Source: an uncultured Dehalococcoidia bacterium (GTDB taxonomy: Bacteria > Chloroflexota > Dehalococcoidia > JACQUA01). From it: a DNA stretch of 29,248 bases. The translations under genes were made by a program, and so were the position numbers. The notes under the pieces were generated by a model, which was not told where the DNA came from, ran no database searches, and worked only from the letters and a program-made list of their open reading frames with translations. Shown here in pieces: positions 24,287 through 29,248 of this stretch. Location: the NCBI GenBank assembly GCA_964518085.1, contig CAZFEA010000001.1, positions 1 through 29,248 on the forward strand, read 5' to 3'. Positions within the stretch are counted from its first letter, which is position 1. Each line of letters starts with the position of its first letter.

Positions 24287-24502
24287 ATGGTAACACAGGA
24301 CGCGACTGTTGAAGTATTCTGGCGAGCTTATGAAGCGCTGAAACCGGCGCAAAGGCGAAAGCTGGCGGAACGGATCCTGAGGGACAGCCAACTATTGGAA
24401 GACCTGGGTGACCATCTGCTAATCGAAAGAGCGAAGCGGCTGAAGGGAAAAGCTCTTACTCTTGACGAGTACAGGTCCCAACGCCGTCTTGCAGATGGAT
24501 AG
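24287..24502 (+). CDS. Putative type II antitoxin
   Basis: 71-aa helical protein 2 nt upstream of a RelE-like toxin; C-terminal ...ALTLDEY pattern typical of RelE partners. Confidence 0.65.
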   Translation: MVTQDATVEVFWRAYEALKPAQRRKLAERILRDSQLLEDLGDHLLIERAKRLKGKALTLDEYRSQRRLADG

Positions 24503-24504
24503 CT

Positions 24505-24759
24505 GTGTTTACGGTACTTCTGGAGCCATCCGCCCAGCGTGATCTGAAGAAGCTAAGCAAGTCAACCGGGGATAGAGTGGAGGCCGAACTGGTCAGGCTC
24601 CAAGCAGACCCACGGCATCAAGGCGTGAAAAAGCTAACAGGCTTCGAAAACCAGTGGCGGTCGAGGGTTGGCCAATACCGAATTCTGTACGAAATAGAGG
24701 ACAATGCGTCTAAGGTTCATGTCTACCGGGTAGCCCACCGGAGCGAAGTGTATCGGTAG
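24505..24759 (+). CDS. relE: Type II toxin, RelE/ParE family
   Basis: 84 aa; AQRDLKKL, KKLTG, WRSRVGQYRILYEI, VAHRSEVYR. Confidence 0.88.
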   Translation: MFTVLLEPSAQRDLKKLSKSTGDRVEAELVRLQADPRHQGVKKLTGFENQWRSRVGQYRILYEIEDNASKVHVYRVAHRSEVYR

Positions 24760-24800
24760 CGGGCAAGGTGCCCGGGCCTGGTTGCCTGCGATACCGGCCG

Positions 24801-26285
24801 ATGGCCTATTCCGGAATTCAAATGCAACCTATCAGGTTCGTTGACACTACCATAAGGGACGGCGACCAGAGCCTGTGGGGCTGGCGGTTGAGGACCGGCA
24901 TGATCTTGCCCATCGCCGCAGAGATGGACCAGGTCGGGTTCGAAGCTATAGACGTCGATACCTTCGCCCCGTTCAAGACGCGGGTCCGCGAACACCGGGA
25001 AGAGCCCTGGGAAAGGCTCCGGCTGTTATCGGCGATAATCACCCGGACGCCGTTGAGCATGATGGGGGGTTGCACCGTGGGACAATTTGGCGTCTCCCCT
25101 TTGTCGCTGCTGGACCTGCGCTGCCAGCGCCAGGCAGCGCACGGAATCAAGCGGCTGACAATCAACGGACTGCTCAACGACATGAATTTCCGCATGCCCG
25201 AAATCGTCCGCTACTGCCAACAGGCCGGCATGCAGGCAATCGTGTCCCTTACTTATTCGGTGTCGCCGAAGCATACCGATGAGTATTATGCCGGGAAGAC
25301 CCGGGATGCCCTGAAGCTGAAGCCGGACCGGCTGTACATAAAGGACCCCGGGGGACTGTTGACCCCGGACCGTGTTCGCACCCTGGCGCCGGCGGTCAAG
25401 GCCAACTGCAACGGTCTCGCCATCGAACTCCACAGCCACTGCACCACCGGGCTGGCGCCCCTGTGCTATCTTGAAGCCATGAAGCTGGGAATAAATATTT
25501 TGCATACCGGCATTCCACCGCTGGCCAACGGCACTGCCCAGCCTTCGATATTCAACATAATTAACAATGCCAGGTTGCTCGGCTATTCAACCGATATCTC
25601 GGAAGAGCCCCTCAAATCTATAGCGGGACACTTTGCCCGTGTTGCCCGAAAAGAGGGCTTTCCACCGGGGTCCCCGTTAGAGTATGACTGGGCCCAGTAC
25701 GTTCACCAAGTACCGGGAGGCGTGATCTCCAACCTCAGGCGGCAGCTTGCCATCATCCATGCCGAACAACGCCTGGCAGAAGTCCTGGATGAGGTGGTGC
25801 AGGTCCGCCGGGACCTGGGATATCCCATCATGGTCACGCCGTTCTCGCAACTGGTGGTTACCCAGGCAACCATGAACGTGCTGCTCGGAGAACGCTACAA
25901 AGAAGTCCCGGATGAAATAATACAATACGCCCTGGGATATTTTGGAGAAGAAGCCATGGCTGGGGTAGTTCCCGGGGTGCAAGCCAGGATAGTTGACCGT
26001 CCCCGCGCCCCCGAGCTGGCCGCGCAACTGGGATATGAGCCATCCATCGAAGAGATCAGGCAAAAACTGGGCGGCCCGGGGATATCCGATGACGAACTCA
26101 TGGCGCGCTACGTGATGGGCGGCGACGAAGAACTCAAAGCCATGCGTCCCGCTGCACCGGTAAGGAGCTATGTCACCGCCTCCCATCCGCTGATGGCGTT
26201 AATACCGGAATTGCTCAAGAGAAAAGATACCCGGCGGATTCAGGTAACCAAAAGCGACTGGGCGTTGACCATTGAGAGAAAGTAG
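24801..26285 (+). CDS. Pyruvate/oxaloacetate carboxyltransferase (PycB/OadA/transcarboxylase 5S-like) without a biotinyl domain
   Basis: DTTIRDGDQSL, YIKDPGG, LHSHCTTG, HQVPGGVISNL, YPIMVTPFSQ; no AMKM motif. Start is ATG24801 or ATG24822 (no clear RBS). Confidence 0.88.
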   Translation: MAYSGIQMQPIRFVDTTIRDGDQSLWGWRLRTGMILPIAAEMDQVGFEAIDVDTFAPFKTRVREHREEPWERLRLLSAIITRTPLSMMGGCTVGQFGVSPLSLLDLRCQRQAAHGIKRLTINGLLNDMNFRMPEIVRYCQQAGMQAIVSLTYSVSPKHTDEYYAGKTRDALKLKPDRLYIKDPGGLLTPDRVRTLAPAVKANCNGLAIELHSHCTTGLAPLCYLEAMKLGINILHTGIPPLANGTAQPSIFNIINNARLLGYSTDISEEPLKSIAGHFARVARKEGFPPGSPLEYDWAQYVHQVPGGVISNLRRQLAIIHAEQRLAEVLDEVVQVRRDLGYPIMVTPFSQLVVTQATMNVLLGERYKEVPDEIIQYALGYFGEEAMAGVVPGVQARIVDRPRAPELAAQLGYEPSIEEIRQKLGGPGISDDELMARYVMGGDEELKAMRPAAPVRSYVTASHPLMALIPELLKRKDTRRIQVTKSDWALTIERK

Positions 26286-26348
26286 ACAGTAGTCAGTAGC
26301 CGCACGTTGCACGTGCGGTAGCCAGTAGCGGCATCCGCCAGAGGCGGA
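26281..26348 (+). repeat. Heptamer array RGTAGNS interrupted by a GTAG-type palindrome, followed by the palindrome TCCGCC-AGA-GGCGGA
   Basis: AGTAGAC AGTAGTC AGTAGCC ... GGTAGCC AGTAGCG; CCGCACGT-TGC-ACGTGCGG (8-bp stem); lies between convergent genes. Confidence 0.75.
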
Positions 26349-26402
26349 CCGCGTGCCCGGGGGGTGCGCCGTGGCCGCCAGTGGCTGGCTTATGACCTGG
26401 TA

Positions 26403-26735
26403 TCAGTCGGCGCCGGCGGCGAATCTCACCGCCAGGTCTTTGATGAGGGGACGGTTTGGCACCGGCTCGATGCACATCTCTTGTGTCGCCGGGGTGTCAC
26501 AGGCCAGGACCACCTTCTTGTTCACCGAGACGGAGCAGATGGAGCACACGATCTTGCAGCGGCACGACTCGCGAAAGGAAAGACTGCCGTCCAGGTGGCT
26601 GTAGATGTAGCGGATGGTGTCCAGTACGCTGCGGTTTTGCCAGCCCTCGGGTGGGACGACGTATGTCTCATACCTGGGTTCCTTATCAAGTTCCGGGTCA
26701 AAACGACGTATGGTTACCCTGGCCTCAGTTGCCAC
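26403..26735 (-). CDS. SdhB/FrdB N-terminal [2Fe-2S] domain-only protein
   Basis: IRRFDPELDKEPRYETY, SVLDTIRYI, LSFRESCRCKIVCSIC...LAC, IEPV..RPLIKDLAV then stop. GTG start 6 nt after GGAGGA. Confidence 0.85.
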   Translation of the reverse strand: MATEARVTIRRFDPELDKEPRYETYVVPPEGWQNRSVLDTIRYIYSHLDGSLSFRESCRCKIVCSICSVSVNKKVVLACDTPATQEMCIEPVPNRPLIKDLAVRFAAGAD

Positions 26736-28479
26736 GGCTTTCCTCCACTCCTTCTTCCTCCGGCGGCTGCATCCGGTGGGCCACCACGGGGACCTGGCTG
26801 AAAACGGCTTCGCCGTTCACCTTTTTGACGCATATGTTCCTGAGCCACTCCTTGTTGTTAGCCGCGGGGAAATCGGTGCGGTAGTGTGACCTGCGACTCT
26901 CCCTGCGTATCAGGGCGGCCCGGATGGTCAATTCCGCCACGGTTACCATGTTCCGGGCCTCCAGGGCGTCTATCAGGCCCACGTTGAAGCGGCGGGACGC
27001 CCCTGGAACACAGAGGCGGGGCAAGTCGTTCTGCTTGACATCCAGAATTGCTTTCAGCGCTTCTTCGAGGCCGGCCTGGTTCCTCACCAGGCCGCACTTT
27101 TCCCACATGACGTCTTTTACCTTTTCTTTGACGTCGAAGCCGGTAATGCCCTGCCTGCGGGAAAGGAGCGTCTCGATCTGGCGCTGTTCCGCTTCCACCT
27201 GTCCCGTGTCCACCGGTAGCCAGTCCAGGTCTCTAGCCCTGGCGGCGGCGTTCTCGCCCCCGATGAGGCCCATGGTCAGGCACCAGCAGATGGCCGGGCC
27301 GGCGTCTATTCTTTCCGCGCCGTCCATGCCTCCGGCATTCTCCCCGATGGCAACCAGGCGTGGTATGTTGGTATCGCACTCCACGTCTACGCGGATGCCG
27401 CCGATGGTGTAGTGGACCGCCGGGCCGACTTCGAAGGCCTCTTTGGTCAGGTCTATGCCGGCTTTCTTCACCTTGGTCAGGAACCGGGGATTGAAGCCCT
27501 TCACTGTGTTCTCGACCATGTTGAGCGGCAGATGTGAGACCGAGAGGTAGGCCCCCCCCCTGGGGCTGCCCCGGCCGGCCAGGTTTTCCAGGTAGATGGC
27601 CCGGGAGGTAGGGTCGCGCAGGCCCCATGCCTTGCTCGAAGGGAGGTACTTCTCCAGGAACTCTTCGCCATGGGAGTTGAACAGCTTCCCCCGCAGCGCG
27701 TACCGGAGCGAGGCGCAGGAAATCTGCTCGCGGCCGGGTGGGCCGTAGCAGTGATAGGGGAAGCACTGGTGGAACTCCATGTCCATTAGTTCGGCGCCGG
27801 CTTCGTAGGCCAGGGCATAGCCATCCCCGGTAGCGCCGGAGGGCATGTCGGTGCGCCGGAACAACTGGCCGCAGCCACCTGTGGCCAGGATGGTGGTCTT
27901 GCTGCGCAGCACCATGGGCCGGCCGTCGGCAATGGAGACGCCCACCGCCCCCGCCACCTGTCCCCGGGACATGAGCAGCCTGGTGACGAAGAAGTCCTCC
28001 ATGGGCGCGATGCCCCGGCGCTTGAACTCGGCGCGGAAGGCCCTGCGCCACTGGACGCCGCCGCTGATGACCACCAGCGAGCGGGGATAGGTGGATCCCG
28101 GCCCCTGGTGCTGAACGAACCGGCCGTCTCTGGTCCTGGCGAAGGCGGCGCCCCATTGGTTTACCTTGAGTACTTCGCTGCTGGCCAGGTTGACCAGCCG
28201 TTCCAGCAGCTTCTGGTTATTCAGGAAAGCCCCGCCCCGGACAACATCGGAAAAGAACACGTCAGCGTTGTCCCGCGGGTCACCGTGTCCCAGGGGGGCC
28301 TGCACCCCCGCGCCCGCCATGACCGTAGAACCGCTGTAGCCCATGGCGCCTTTGGTTACCACCAGGACGCTGGCTCCCCGGGCATGGGCTTCGATGGCGG
28401 CCTTGGCGCCCGCGGCCTCGGTGCCGATGATAAGCACATCGGCCTTTAATTCAGTTACAGGGTCCAACGAATTCCTCAT
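26725..28479 (-). CDS. SdhA/FrdA-family flavoprotein (second paralog)
   Basis: DVLIIGTEAAG, LATGGCG, TGDGYALA, DMEFHQ, LRDPTSRAI, HYTIGG, GAERI, RRESRRSHYRTDFP. ATGA overlap with the upstream gene. Confidence 0.88.
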   Translation of the reverse strand: MRNSLDPVTELKADVLIIGTEAAGAKAAIEAHARGASVLVVTKGAMGYSGSTVMAGAGVQAPLGHGDPRDNADVFFSDVVRGGAFLNNQKLLERLVNLASSEVLKVNQWGAAFARTRDGRFVQHQGPGSTYPRSLVVISGGVQWRRAFRAEFKRRGIAPMEDFFVTRLLMSRGQVAGAVGVSIADGRPMVLRSKTTILATGGCGQLFRRTDMPSGATGDGYALAYEAGAELMDMEFHQCFPYHCYGPPGREQISCASLRYALRGKLFNSHGEEFLEKYLPSSKAWGLRDPTSRAIYLENLAGRGSPRGGAYLSVSHLPLNMVENTVKGFNPRFLTKVKKAGIDLTKEAFEVGPAVHYTIGGIRVDVECDTNIPRLVAIGENAGGMDGAERIDAGPAICWCLTMGLIGGENAAARARDLDWLPVDTGQVEAEQRQIETLLSRRQGITGFDVKEKVKDVMWEKCGLVRNQAGLEEALKAILDVKQNDLPRLCVPGASRRFNVGLIDALEARNMVTVAELTIRAALIRRESRRSHYRTDFPAANNKEWLRNICVKKVNGEAVFSQVPVVAHRMQPPEEEGVEESRGN

Positions 28480-29246
28480 CTGGCAAGAGACGCGGCAAAG
28501 ATATCCTTGAACCTTCTCAATCTCTCGGACTCTCCCCTCAGGTATTCCTCGGTCCCTGAATTGAAGTACTTCATTCCTTCCCGGCGCAGCACATCGGGGT
28601 CGAGGTGGTCAACGGGAACATCAACCCTGGCGCTCGGATTTCCAAAAGCCCTGGAAATAACCGTTTGCCCTTCCCTGGTGAGCATCCAGTTGACAAAAAG
28701 CCTGGCGGCGCTGGGATGCGGCGCTTTGCTCACCACGGCGAGACCGCCATTGCCTGCTGTTACGTGGGCTCCGTCCGAGGGTGTCAACCATTTGACCGGG
28801 ACCCGTGCCCTCGCCAGTTCGGTGCGAGTGGAGTCATTCATCCCGAGCCCGATGGGGTATTTACCCCGCGCCACCCACTCTCCCAGCAGCCGACGGTCTC
28901 TGGTGACTTCCACCTCTTGTTTTGCCAGGGCGCGAATGTAGTCCGCACCCAGGACTTCCAGGGCAACACCGAGGACCGAGGCGCCTGTGCCGGTCACCGA
29001 GGGGTCGTCCAGGATTATTTTCCCTTTCCAGCGGGGATGCAGGAGGTCCCGCCAACCCGTTATCTCCGTTGGACCGATTATCTCGGTATTGATGGCTATG
29101 GACTTTTGCACCAGGACGATGGAAGAGATGATAGTCCGGTCACTATCCACCCACGGTAATGCTCCTTGCCACCACACATCGGGTTTGAGCACTTCGGGAA
29201 GAATGAGCATTTTGTCCATCGGTTCCAGAAAGCCCGGCGGCTTGAG
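28476..29246 (-). CDS. Solute-binding protein paralog 3; 5' end beyond the window
   Basis: Frame is open to the window edge (LKPPGFLEPMDKMLILPEV); WKGKIILDDP, EWVARGKYP, APHPSAARLFVNWMLTREGQ. Confidence 0.85.
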   Translation of the reverse strand, partial: LKPPGFLEPMDKMLILPEVLKPDVWWQGALPWVDSDRTIISSIVLVQKSIAINTEIIGPTEITGWRDLLHPRWKGKIILDDPSVTGTGASVLGVALEVLGADYIRALAKQEVEVTRDRRLLGEWVARGKYPIGLGMNDSTRTELARARVPVKWLTPSDGAHVTAGNGGLAVVSKAPHPSAARLFVNWMLTREGQTVISRAFGNPSARVDVPVDHLDPDVLRREGMKYFNSGTEEYLRGESERLRRFKDIFAASLAR

Positions 29247-29248
29247 CA

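Noticed and set aside
26403-28479. Respiratory complex II (sdhAB/frdAB)
   Set aside because: Truncated Fe-S subunit, no membrane anchors, and altered active-site and FAD-attachment residues.

Overview
A 29 kb bacterial catabolic region of moderately high GC. Chloroflexota/Dehalococcoidia-like is an inference from the lipoprotein style and paralog content. From left to right: a 5'-truncated MetF-MetV fusion methylene-THF reductase and a TreT-type glycosyltransferase; minus-strand operon A (SdhA/NadB-family flavoprotein, orphan solute-binding lipoprotein, hydantoinase/oxoprolinase A, hydantoinase B fused to an acetone-carboxylase-gamma-like Cys4 domain, Cys-less isochorismatase, GidA-like Cys-rich flavoprotein); a divergent xanthine-dehydrogenase-family molybdoenzyme (small-large-medium); minus-strand operon C (second hydantoinase A with an apparent ATA start, hydantoinase B, arylmalonate-decarboxylase-like protein, frameshifted solute-binding lipoprotein, GatC/AtzG-like small protein, amidase); a RelE-type toxin-antitoxin pair; a stand-alone pyruvate/oxaloacetate carboxyltransferase without a biotin domain; and minus-strand operon D (third solute-binding protein, second SdhA-like flavoprotein, 2Fe-2S-only SdhB fragment). 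No permease, ABC ATPase, regulator, transposase, RNA gene or CRISPR array is visible. Intergenic DNA is a mosaic of several REP-like palindromes and 7- or 10-bp tandem repeats, several of which overlap or supply stop codons. The gene set suggests (inference) an uncharacterised anaerobic route of the type hydroxylate N-heterocycle, open the lactam with ATP, deamidate, decarboxylate. All alignments and counts were done by eye.
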